Notes under the pieces: model-generated
Told to the model about the DNA's origin: nothing
Seen by the model: only the letters and a program-made list of their open reading frames with translations
Database searches by the model: none
Position numbers and translations under genes: made by a program
Part shown: positions 57,101 through 64,000 of the stretch, piece by piece
Layout of the letters: every line of letters starts with the position of its first letter
Position numbering within the stretch: position 1 is the first letter of the stretch
From: Candidatus Bathyarchaeota archaeon
GTDB taxonomy: Archaea > Thermoproteota > Bathyarchaeia > TCS64 > PIYN01
Direction of reading: 5' to 3'
NCBI GenBank assembly: GCA_003601775.1
Contig: PIYN01000002.1
Location: 203 to 64,202, forward strand
Length of the DNA: 64,000 bases

Positions 57101-57654
57101 TCGAGACGCTTCTTAGCCTCGGCCTTCTTCTCATCGTACTCGGTGATGCCTATGAGGCTCTCTATCGCCCTCATCCTCTCGATGGGGGTGATGTCACTGA
57201 GCCTCGTGGCCGTCCCCTGAAGGACGATGTTATAGCCCTCCGCGCTTATGCCGGCCATCTTCAGGAGGTTGATCACGGTCTTCCTGGAGACGGGCTTGCC
57301 GTTCAAGAAGTACTTGCTCCTCCCCTCCCGGTCCACCCTCCTCCCTATGCTGACAACTCCCTTATCTATCGCTATCCCCCTATCGGAGTTATCGAACTTC
57401 AGGGTGACCTGGGCATAATCTACCTTTCTACCACCTGCCTCTCCAGCCCCATCGTAGATGACTCCGGAGAGGGAGGAGACCCGCATTCTCCTCGGTCCGA
57501 GCTCCCCGAGGACGAACTGGAAGGCGTCGATGATGTTGCTCTTCCCACTCCCATTAGGGCCCGTGATGACCGTGAAGCCCGGGGCCAAGTTCAGCTTGAC
57601 TGTTCCATGGAAGGACTTGAAGTTCCTTAATACGATCTGCTTCACGTAGACCAT
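54109..57654 (-). CDS. smc: chromosome segregation protein SMC
   Basis: Walker A (GPNGSGKSNIIDAFQFVLGE), a long coiled coil, a hinge (AIPGYHGIL region) and a C-terminal signature/Walker B (LSGGERSVAAIAYLLAI, LFDEIDAHLD). Confidence 0.9.
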   Translation of the reverse strand: MVYVKQIVLRNFKSFHGTVKLNLAPGFTVITGPNGSGKSNIIDAFQFVLGELGPRRMRVSSLSGVIYDGAGEAGGRKVDYAQVTLKFDNSDRGIAIDKGVVSIGRRVDREGRSKYFLNGKPVSRKTVINLLKMAGISAEGYNIVLQGTATRLSDITPIERMRAIESLIGITEYDEKKAEAKKRLEEAERKVEVAAARIDEVRKRLISLERERNDALRYQFLKEEERRLKARQLSYEVLRVEAEIERLNQRIKAKEEELRRLEAERGRLLSERAEAKEALERFSQEAAEKGNTRLPLINSEVVRQREIIGALRKRAEEIERRRGILLRSMKEWREELERLRREGEEVERKIKTLSGEISSLEGEIEEKESLRLGLSERISQLREEVERGQRRIEELEERLGPIRESLEGLEIEINRHLLALETLRERLKGLNEKMSESDKRIENLKKNLREFEELKRAEEKKLEDFLRDLEQRVERQKSLRRRAEEASDLVSKVENAIIEFTAKRDLWERIATEEKALQRIEEMGKSGAIPGYHGILRDLIKVPQKYRRAVEASSDGWINAVVVEDLSSALRCIKSLKKSEMGMVRILPLQEVRPVGVREGATDEGLVAPIPSLVRCREKFSSLVNLVWGDTLLVKNVEAAIRVSSQGYRAVTPSGDVYEPEGGMMGGHYRSILGISKIIPSKESVVKLSKTIKALKRVLNKKMRDLKLSGGDLRKVSSYIEDSRKHIENLESNIEQIAESIRRAERNRGLIERKVKETLREIKREEGLIASLRERKERTLKEMERLKGEISKLSGRKPSDVASLEVQAAQLDKELEALRKERGELERERLMARGRLESLIKPKISDLEKRLLSAADSLKALEEENVKVRGELEEAEKILRELEEERSALTEAVESTSRVMRLHQEKIKGIEAEIEKIERRMGALEQERMELSLEVERRRLHVEQLMKGLRELGQAEPIPTGEDEIKGFERALRAVRSEIERIGAINQLAVEQYDEQMRNYKQLSIRINELEEEKASILKFIEEIEEEKLRHFMKSFNEICENFTEFFSKLTGGGEGRLEFQNPQDPFSAGIDLYVQFPGKPMRLASGASGGERSVAAIAYLLAIQKFLKAPFYLFDEIDAHLDDLNTDRLAEVLRENSAEAQFIVITLKDAMINRAERVYGCFSRGGRSRVVTLPRLEVVT

Positions 57655-57932
57655 ATCCGAAGCTCTCCACGCGACGCCCTGAGTTGACTCGTCGCCTCTC
57701 CTTACTGTCTTCCTCTTAATTCCTCGGGGAGGCCTCGCCGATTATTTTAGGTATGCATTAAAGATGTTCAACCCTTCGCTACGTTGATCGCCCTAATTGG
57801 GGAGTATTATTCGATATTAGAACGAGGGATCGAAGCAGTTATTCGAAGATATGGGGAACTACGATCCTCTTGCACTTAGTAAGTGGTCGATCCTTTAAAT
57901 AACTTTATCGATCCTTCTTGACCTGAGGAGGT

Positions 57933-58997
57933 ATGAGGATAGGGAAACTAAGGGAGGTCCAAGAGAGGGAGGGATTAGGAGCTTACATCCTCACGAGGAC
58001 CCCTAACGTACTCTACTACACAGGCTCGACCAGCGGGGGTATCCTCATCTCCACGCTCGGGGAGGAGCCCCTGCTACTTGTATCAAGGATGAATCTTGAG
58101 ATGGCGAGGGCCGAGGCTAAGGGCTGTGAGATAGCGACCTATGAGAGAAAGACCCTCCTGAGGGATATAGCAGAGAGGGTCAGGAGAGCAGACCCGAAGA
58201 TCGTCGGCTTCGACGAACTCCGCCTGGAGACCTTTCTCAAACTCAGGGAGAGATTGGAGGGCTTCAGGATGGAGGCGAAGCCCGAGATCATCTGGGAGAT
58301 GAGGAGGATTAAGGACGAGGAGGAGGTCTCAAGGATCAGGAAGGCCTGTGAGATCGCGGACGCAGGGATGGAGGCCGTGAGGTCCTCCTTGAAGATCGGC
58401 ATGAGGGAGTACGAGGTCGCCGCGGAGCTCGAGTACGCGATGAGGAGGGCGGGAGCGGAGAGTCTTGCCTTCGAGACCATCGTCGGGTCGGGACCGAGGT
58501 CGGCGTACCCCCATGCTGGATGTAGGGACAGGAGGATAAGGGAGGGGGACCTCATCGTCATCGATGCGGGAGCGACCTATAGGGGCTATCGATCCGACAT
58601 CACCAGGACCTTCATTATAGGACGTCCATCGGAGGAGCAGAGGAGGATCTACGAGACGGTGTTAGAGGCTAATGAACGGGCGCTGGAGGGGATAAGGGAA
58701 GGGGTCAAGGGGAGGGAGGTGGACGCCATCGCCAGAGAAGTCATAACAAAGGCGGGATACGGCGAGTTCTTCACTCACTCCCTGGGCCATGGGGTGGGGC
58801 TGGAGGTCCATGAGCCGCCATCCCTCTCGAAGGAGAGCGAGGACATTCTCAAGACGGGGAACATCGTGACGGATGAGCCTGGGATCTACATAACTGGAAA
58901 GGGCGGGGTGAGGATAGAGGATACAGTCCTCGTGAGGAAGGATGGAGCAGAGAGGCTCACGAGGTTCGGGAAGAGCCTCGAGGATATAATCCTTTAA
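57933..58997 (+). CDS. pepQ: Xaa-Pro aminopeptidase / prolidase (M24B family)
   Basis: Creatinase-like N-domain and a pita-bread domain with metal ligands (DAGATYRGYRSDITRT, HSLGHGVGLEVHE, EPGIY). Confidence 0.75.
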   Translation: MRIGKLREVQEREGLGAYILTRTPNVLYYTGSTSGGILISTLGEEPLLLVSRMNLEMARAEAKGCEIATYERKTLLRDIAERVRRADPKIVGFDELRLETFLKLRERLEGFRMEAKPEIIWEMRRIKDEEEVSRIRKACEIADAGMEAVRSSLKIGMREYEVAAELEYAMRRAGAESLAFETIVGSGPRSAYPHAGCRDRRIREGDLIVIDAGATYRGYRSDITRTFIIGRPSEEQRRIYETVLEANERALEGIREGVKGREVDAIAREVITKAGYGEFFTHSLGHGVGLEVHEPPSLSKESEDILKTGNIVTDEPGIYITGKGGVRIEDTVLVRKDGAERLTRFGKSLEDIIL

Positions 58998-59007
58998 AAG
59001 GGAGGGG

Positions 59008-59799
59008 TCACCTCCCGAATCTCCTCTTCCTCCTCTGGAAGGTCCTAATCGCCCTCTCCAAGTCGATCTCCCTGAACTCGGGCCAGTAGACGTCCATGAA
59101 GCAGAGCTCGCTGTAGGCGGACTGCCAGAGGAGGAAGCCGCTGAGCCTCGACTCCCCTGAGGTCCTGATGATGAGGTCGGGGTCCTGCTGGGGTAGATGT
59201 GAGGTGTAGAGGTACTTCTCGAAGACCTCCTCATCCACCTCCTCCAGGCGGAGCCTCCCCTCCGCCACCTCCTTCGCGATCTTCCTCGCCGCGTCGACGA
59301 TCTCGGCCCTCCCGCCGTAGGCGATGGCGATGTTCAGGTAGAAGCCATCATAGTCCTTCGTCCTCTCCTCTACCTCCTTTATCATCCGCCGGAGGCTCTC
59401 CGGCAGCAGGTTGATCCTACCCAGGGCCTTGATCCTGACCCTGTGCTTATGGATGCTCTCATCCTCTATCACTTGCCTCAGATACTCCTCGGCCAGCCTC
59501 ATGATCTCCTCGACCTCCTTCCTCGGCCTCTGGAAGTTCTCTGTGGAGAAGACATAAAGGGTGATAGTCTTTATCCCAAGGTCCAGACACCACCTGAGAA
59601 ACTCCCGGACCTTCTCCGCCCCACGACGATGACCCTCCCAGGGCGCCAACTCATGGAGGGAGGCCCACCGCCTGTTCCCATCGAGGATCACACCGATGTG
59701 CTCAGGCTTCTTCCCATGCTTAATCTGGTACCTGAGCCACTTATGGTAGATTTTGTAAACACCCAGGGCGGAGAGCAGTCTTCTAAGCACTCCAGACAC
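59008..59799 (-). CDS. uppS: cis-prenyltransferase (undecaprenyl/di-trans,poly-cis-polyprenyl diphosphate synthase)
   Basis: HIGVILDGNRRWA motif and an RTSGE/SGFLLWQS region. Confidence 0.8.
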   Translation of the reverse strand: MSGVLRRLLSALGVYKIYHKWLRYQIKHGKKPEHIGVILDGNRRWASLHELAPWEGHRRGAEKVREFLRWCLDLGIKTITLYVFSTENFQRPRKEVEEIMRLAEEYLRQVIEDESIHKHRVRIKALGRINLLPESLRRMIKEVEERTKDYDGFYLNIAIAYGGRAEIVDAARKIAKEVAEGRLRLEEVDEEVFEKYLYTSHLPQQDPDLIIRTSGESRLSGFLLWQSAYSELCFMDVYWPEFREIDLERAIRTFQRRKRRFGR

Positions 59800-59847
59800 C
59801 AGCCCTCAGAAATCCAGGAAAGGCCAGTTCTCCCCTAAGGATCTCGC

Positions 59848-61008
59848 TCATCCCAGACTCTCCTTCTCGAAGTAGTAGGAGAAGGCCTTATGTGCCCTAT
59901 AGATCACCAGGACGAGGACAGCCGTCGTCACCAGGCAGGCGATGGTCATCAGGACCAGGGGGGAGTAGAGGGTCACGGTCCTACTCGGCTCCAAGAGGAC
60001 GTTAGCGGACTCTATGAGGATGAACCTTAGCCAGAAGGAGATGGCGATGCCGACGATGTTCCTCCACATCCTGATATCTCGACCCAGGAAGGAGTAGATC
60101 GTCTCTCCCACGAGGGAGAAGATGACCCCGATGATTATGAGGTCGGTCCCCCTTAGAAGGAAGTAACCGCTCAACTTTGGGGTCATTCCAATCCAATACC
60201 AGGGGTCCACCCAGATAGGAGGGCCAGCAGCTACGTTGCTGGCTGCGTAGGTACCGCCGAGATAACAGCCGATGATTATTAGACCTAAGCCTATGGCCCT
60301 CGTCGTGATCTTCAGCTGCTCCTCGGGGGCTGGGAGCTTCACTATGAGAGATGCTATCTTCTCATCCCATCCAAAGCCCTTTATGCAGAGCGCCCCGCCG
60401 AGGATGAAGAGAGTGACCATCCCAGCGTTCTGCAGCTGGTTGAAGATCCATAGGACCCCGATCACCATTAGGAGTATCCCTGGGACACCGAGGCTGAACT
60501 TGGAGTACCTCGGGTCATTCACTAACATCCTTCCGTAGCGGAGGAACACCGCCCATGTCTCCTCGAGTCTCTCACTGTGCTTCACGACGACGTGCCTCAA
60601 CGAGAGGATGGGGACCCTGGACTGGATTATGGGGATGATGGATTCGTCTGAGTATCCATCGGAGACGAGTATGACGCTGTCCGCGGGGAAGATCTTCAAT
60701 ACCTCGTTGAGCTCCTGAGTTATCCTCCTATCCGCCTCCAAGCCACCGGCCTCAGAGCCGGCGATCGTCGCCACCTCATACTCGTCTCCGGAGTCCTCGG
60801 TGCTCAACGTGTCCAGGGTCTTGACCGCCGCGAACATGGCGTTCGCATCCGCCTCCTCCGGGTCCTCCAGGGCCAACTTCGTCGCGGCCTCGATGTTCGC
60901 CTCCCTACCTATGATCGGCGTGGGGACCCCTGCCTTGACCACTATATCTGCATCGCTGTCCACGCAGAGAATGAGCACCCTCTCTCCTCTAACCCCCTCA
61001 CCCGACAT
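59848..61008 (-). CDS. DUF373-family archaeal membrane protein
   Basis: Cytoplasmic N-domain (VLILCVDSDADI... VILVSDGYSDE) followed by about 7 TM helices. Confidence 0.45.
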   Translation of the reverse strand: MSGEGVRGERVLILCVDSDADIVVKAGVPTPIIGREANIEAATKLALEDPEEADANAMFAAVKTLDTLSTEDSGDEYEVATIAGSEAGGLEADRRITQELNEVLKIFPADSVILVSDGYSDESIIPIIQSRVPILSLRHVVVKHSERLEETWAVFLRYGRMLVNDPRYSKFSLGVPGILLMVIGVLWIFNQLQNAGMVTLFILGGALCIKGFGWDEKIASLIVKLPAPEEQLKITTRAIGLGLIIIGCYLGGTYAASNVAAGPPIWVDPWYWIGMTPKLSGYFLLRGTDLIIIGVIFSLVGETIYSFLGRDIRMWRNIVGIAISFWLRFILIESANVLLEPSRTVTLYSPLVLMTIACLVTTAVLVLVIYRAHKAFSYYFEKESLG

Positions 61009-61045
61009 AGCGGTCTCTCTATAAATGTCTGCACCAAAAGACTAT

Positions 61046-61978
61046 TTATATATCCAGTTTGAGGGCTTCCTTCAGCCCCTTATATCTGTTCCTGATGGTG
61101 ACCTCCGTGACACCGGCCGCATCGGCGATCATCTTCTGCGTCCTCTTCTCGTCATTCAGGACACAGGCGATGTAGAGGGCCGCGGCTGCGAGGCCCATGG
61201 GGTCCTTCCCCGCAGTCTTCCTGAGCGCCCCCGCCCTCCTGAGTATCTCCACAGCCTTCTGCTGCGTCCTCTCCCCAACCCCCACCTTCGCGGCGATCTT
61301 GGGAATCCTCTCCTCGGCCCCAGGGATCGGCATCCTTAGATCCAGCTCCCGGACCAGAAGCCTATAGCACCTCGCGATATCCTTCTTATCTATGGGACTA
61401 TGGGCGGCGACCTCCTTCAGCGTCCTGGGAGTGCGCGTCAGACGGCAGGCGGCATAGAGGGCCGCTGCGGTTATCGCAGCGATGGAGCGCCCCCTCACCA
61501 GACCCTTATCCAGGGCCTTCCGGTATATGATCGCCGCTCGCTCCTTGATCGTGGGGGGTATATGGAGTTTATCCGTGAGCCTATCGAGCTCGGCCATGGC
61601 CTGGGCCAAGTTCCTGTCGACGGAGGAGTGAACCCTCGACCTGATCTGCCACTTCCTCAGCCTGAGCATCTGGAGCTTCGTCTTGAGCGGCAGCTTCCTT
61701 CCCAGGGCGTCCCTTCCGACCCTCCCGATGACGGTCGTCAGTCCCTTATCGTGGACGGAGAAGGAGAGTGGGACACCCACCCGGCTCCTGCTCTCCTTCT
61801 CACTCTGGGTGAAGGCCCTCCACTCGGGCCCCTTATTTATGATGGACTCACTGATGACCAGACCACAATCTCCACAGATGATCTCGCCTGATTCCTCATC
61901 ATGAATAAGGTTCTCACTACCACACTCGGGGCAACGGTCGATATTCCCCCAATCCTCCTTCTTCTTCAACCTACTCAC
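61046..61978 (-). CDS. tfb: transcription initiation factor IIB (TFB), paralog 2
   Basis: Zinc ribbon (CPECGS...CGDCG), GPEWRAF and two cyclin folds. Distinct from paralog 1 in its N-terminus and linker. Confidence 0.85.
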   Translation of the reverse strand: MSRLKKKEDWGNIDRCPECGSENLIHDEESGEIICGDCGLVISESIINKGPEWRAFTQSEKESRSRVGVPLSFSVHDKGLTTVIGRVGRDALGRKLPLKTKLQMLRLRKWQIRSRVHSSVDRNLAQAMAELDRLTDKLHIPPTIKERAAIIYRKALDKGLVRGRSIAAITAAALYAACRLTRTPRTLKEVAAHSPIDKKDIARCYRLLVRELDLRMPIPGAEERIPKIAAKVGVGERTQQKAVEILRRAGALRKTAGKDPMGLAAAALYIACVLNDEKRTQKMIADAAGVTEVTIRNRYKGLKEALKLDI

Positions 61979-62212
61979 CTCTCTATATTCGCCCCATCAC
62001 AGAAACCACACCTCTTAGATTCAGAATAAACTGCTCATCTGGTAGCGCATAGAATTCCCTCACTCAATTATATATAAACTTTTCGGTTTCCTCATCCATT
62101 CTATGGTACATTTCATCAACTAAAAGAGAAGAGGGGGGGGACCTCTCCTCCACCCTTGTTGTTTAAAAGGGTAAAGCTAAAATCTCTAAAGGGAGAAGTG
62201 TAGGTTGGAGTT

Positions 62213-63313
62213 GTGGCGATGACCGCGTCGGAGAGCAGGATCAACTCGATACTCGGGGAGTTCCTCAGGGATCTGGTCAAGCAGGAGACGATCTCGGCCG
62301 TCGGGCTGTATGGGAGCTGGGGCAGATATGAGGCCTCCCCTCAGAGCGACGTCGACCTTCTCATCGTCGATAGGCGTAGCTTCGACTATAAGTACCTTGA
62401 GCTGCTGGACCATGGGGATCTTCTGATAGATATCCTCCGCATCCCAAGGAAGTGGATCGACGTGACCGTGAACCCCGAGGTGGATCATGTACTGTTTGAG
62501 TCCATCGTCCTCCACGACCCTGAGGGCGTCCTGGAGAGGGCGAGGGAGTGGGTCGCCGAGAACTACCGAACCCCTGGGAGGATAGACGTGAGAACGGAGC
62601 ATAATCTGATCCTCTCAGACTCCTACCTCAGCCGCGCAACCTCCGCGATGCTTCGAGGGGACTGGGAGAGCGCTGCCGTCTACGCGGCGTTCTCCATGGA
62701 TCCGGGGGTCGAGGTCCTGATAGATATCGCCTCCCTCCCTGTCACTGAGATCTCCTTCATCTGGAACCTCAGGAGGGCCTCTGAGGGCCTCGGATTGCTT
62801 GGCCTATATAGGACGTACCTCTCTACGGCGCGGCTCACAGGTCTGAAGGCCGATGATATCTCATCGAGTATCAAGGCCTTCGAGGAGTCCTGGAGGCTCG
62901 TCTCCTCCTTCATGGAGGAGAATAGGAGGGTCGTGGAGAGGGTCCACCGGAGGCTGAGGAATGAGATCTCCTATAGGACGACGTCAACCTACCTGAAGGC
63001 CGTGCTGGCCCGTGTCAGGAGGGTGGTGGAGGAGAGGAATTACATGGAGGCGGGGCACTACCTAAGGGGGAATCACCTGAGGCTGCTGGAGGAATTCTCA
63101 GAGATCTCAGCCAGGAAGCGGGGAAGAAAGTTTGATTATCCCTCTCTCTTCAAATCGCTGAGAGAGGACGAGGAGATCTATAGGCACGCCGTAGAGATCT
63201 TCGACCTCAGAGAACTGGACGAGGGGAAGGCAAAGGAGGCGATCGAATCGGCCCGGAGCGTCATAAGCTACATAAGGAGGAACCGAAAGGAGCTCATCGC
63301 AAAACACCTGTAG
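62213..63313 (+). CDS. Pol-beta superfamily nucleotidyltransferase fused to an about 250-aa helical C-terminal domain
   Basis: GS-x9-DxD motif (LYGSWGRYEASPQSDVDLLIVD). The C-terminal domain resembles the helical substrate-binding domains of KNTase/HEPN-like partners. Confidence 0.5.
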   Translation: MAMTASESRINSILGEFLRDLVKQETISAVGLYGSWGRYEASPQSDVDLLIVDRRSFDYKYLELLDHGDLLIDILRIPRKWIDVTVNPEVDHVLFESIVLHDPEGVLERAREWVAENYRTPGRIDVRTEHNLILSDSYLSRATSAMLRGDWESAAVYAAFSMDPGVEVLIDIASLPVTEISFIWNLRRASEGLGLLGLYRTYLSTARLTGLKADDISSSIKAFEESWRLVSSFMEENRRVVERVHRRLRNEISYRTTSTYLKAVLARVRRVVEERNYMEAGHYLRGNHLRLLEEFSEISARKRGRKFDYPSLFKSLREDEEIYRHAVEIFDLRELDEGKAKEAIESARSVISYIRRNRKELIAKHL

Positions 63314-63335
63314 AATATGGGAGCCCTTCGGTCAA

Positions 63336-63343
63336 ACTTATAA
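63336..63343 (+). promoter_or_regulatory. TATA box (TTATAAAT) about 29 nt upstream of the tRNA-Gln 5' end
   Basis: AT octamer at the canonical archaeal distance from the tRNA start. Confidence 0.35.
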
Positions 63344-63371
63344 ATTAGAGCTGAATAGAAATCTCATGGTC

Positions 63372-63466
63372 AGCCCGGTCGTCTAGCGGTCAAGGATGGG
63401 AGGCTCTGGAGGCCTATGGGCCGGGGAGACCTCCTGACGAGAGTTCGAATCTCTCCCGGGCTACCA
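63372..63466 (+). tRNA. tRNA-Gln (anticodon CUG) with an about 19-nt intron after position 37; genomically encoded CCA
   Basis: Manual fold: acceptor AGCCCGG/CCGGGCT (A1-U72, typical of archaeal tRNA-Gln) and a D-arm GUCU-AGCGGUCAA-GGAU with G18G19. The anticodon stem is GGAGG/CCUCC with loop CUCUGGA, interrupted by 63410-63428 (contains a GGCC-UAUG-GGCC hairpin). T-arm GAGAG-UUCGAAU-CUCUC, discriminator A, CCA, then a T-run. Confidence 0.55.
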
Positions 63467-63469
63467 TTG

Positions 63470-63960
63470 CTTATTGTTATTTTCATGTTTTTGGTGGGTG
63501 TTCTTTTGGGGTGGGGGTGTTGTGGAAGGGCCTGGGGTGTTTGGAGCGGGACTGATTTTAGAAGTAATACTTGGGCCCTTCCTGTTGATACTCCTCTTAG
63601 GGTGTTTGAAAAGTTTTATGGATTATCGCTTCTTCTGGTTTGGAGAGGTGTGGTCTGGGTGGGTGTAGATTAGGGTGAGGTTCTTGGTGGGAAGAGGTTG
63701 TTGAAGTTCGAGTTGGTCACTAGGATCCTGTCTTTCCACTGTAAGCGACGTGATGTGTTTGGGGAGATGGGTAGTTAGGGGGTTGGGGATATGGTTGGAA
63801 TGATGGTTATGGGCGGAGGGGTGGCCAGAAAAGTTTGGCTGGACTTTTAGAGGCCGTTGGGGAAACCCTCTTCCGCCGTATTTGGGATGAGGCTTGAGTA
63901 TATTAATTTTGTGTTTTAATTCCTAGGATGAGGTATTTGTCTATTAGTCTTCTGATGGCG
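63470..63960 (+). other. non-coding, strongly G+T-skewed, G-run-rich region downstream of tRNA-Gln
   Basis: About 500 nt with almost no C on the + strand and many GGG/GGGG tracts (GGTGGGTG, GGGGTGGGGG, GGGGGTTGGGG). No credible ORF on either strand. Confidence 0.4.
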
Positions 63961-64000
63961 GTTTCGATGAACTCCTCTCTGCTTGTGTAGCCTAGCTTCT

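Noticed and set aside
56056-57630. 524-aa ORF on the + strand, plus 55733..56953
   Set aside because: Antisense to smc, whose Walker A/B and signature motifs are unambiguous. The antisense products are Leu/Pro/Ser low-complexity.
1-64000. CRISPR arrays, cas genes, integrases or transposases
   Set aside because: I scanned by eye for regularly spaced direct repeats and for integrase/transposase motifs, including next to the tRNA, and found none. The G/T-rich region after the tRNA has loose recurring words but no repeat-spacer periodicity.

Overview
This is a GC-rich (about 60-65%) archaeal chromosomal segment with dense, mostly operonic coding. Core information-processing genes identify it as archaeal: TBP, two TFB paralogs, Gar1, SRP19, ribosomal protein S8e, an smc-scpA-scpB operon, IleRS and an intron-containing tRNA-Gln.

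The most coherent functional block is a tetrahydromethanopterin (H4MPT) biosynthesis cluster at about 2.0-8.7 kb. It contains a CitG-like protein, an Isf-like flavoprotein, a Pol-beta-type nucleotidyltransferase, a DUF447 protein, beta-RFAP synthase MptG, a DmrX/AfpA-type ferredoxin-flavoprotein and a DHPS-like MptH. Several of these steps are still biochemically unassigned.

Other notable modules:
- A fused ADP-forming acetyl-CoA synthetase that is operonic with a standalone homolog of the phosphotransacetylase N-terminal regulatory domain (BioD-like P-loop plus DRTGG).
- A nucleotide-reduction island: two tandem class III ribonucleotide reductase (NrdD) paralogs, each with an ATP-cone and a glycyl-radical tail, separated by an NrdH-like glutaredoxin and followed by dCTP deaminase. 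It is preceded by a 400-bp AT-rich, palindrome-rich leader and a Csa3-like CARF-domain regulator.
- A divergent pair of COG1180-type radical SAM genes (one AmrS-like, one PflX-like).
- A run of small membrane-anchored zinc-finger proteins with a DUF123 GIY-YIG protein.
- An orphan APS kinase beside a glycan flippase and myo-inositol-1-phosphate synthase.

The window starts with an AT-rich (about 43% GC) foreign-looking gene. It ends, directly downstream of the tRNA-Gln, with about 0.5 kb of strongly G+T-skewed, G-run-rich non-coding DNA, which is an unusual feature in this genome context.

No CRISPR array, cas genes, transposase or integrase was recognised. Many long ORFs antisense to real genes are GC-codon-bias artefacts and are rejected.
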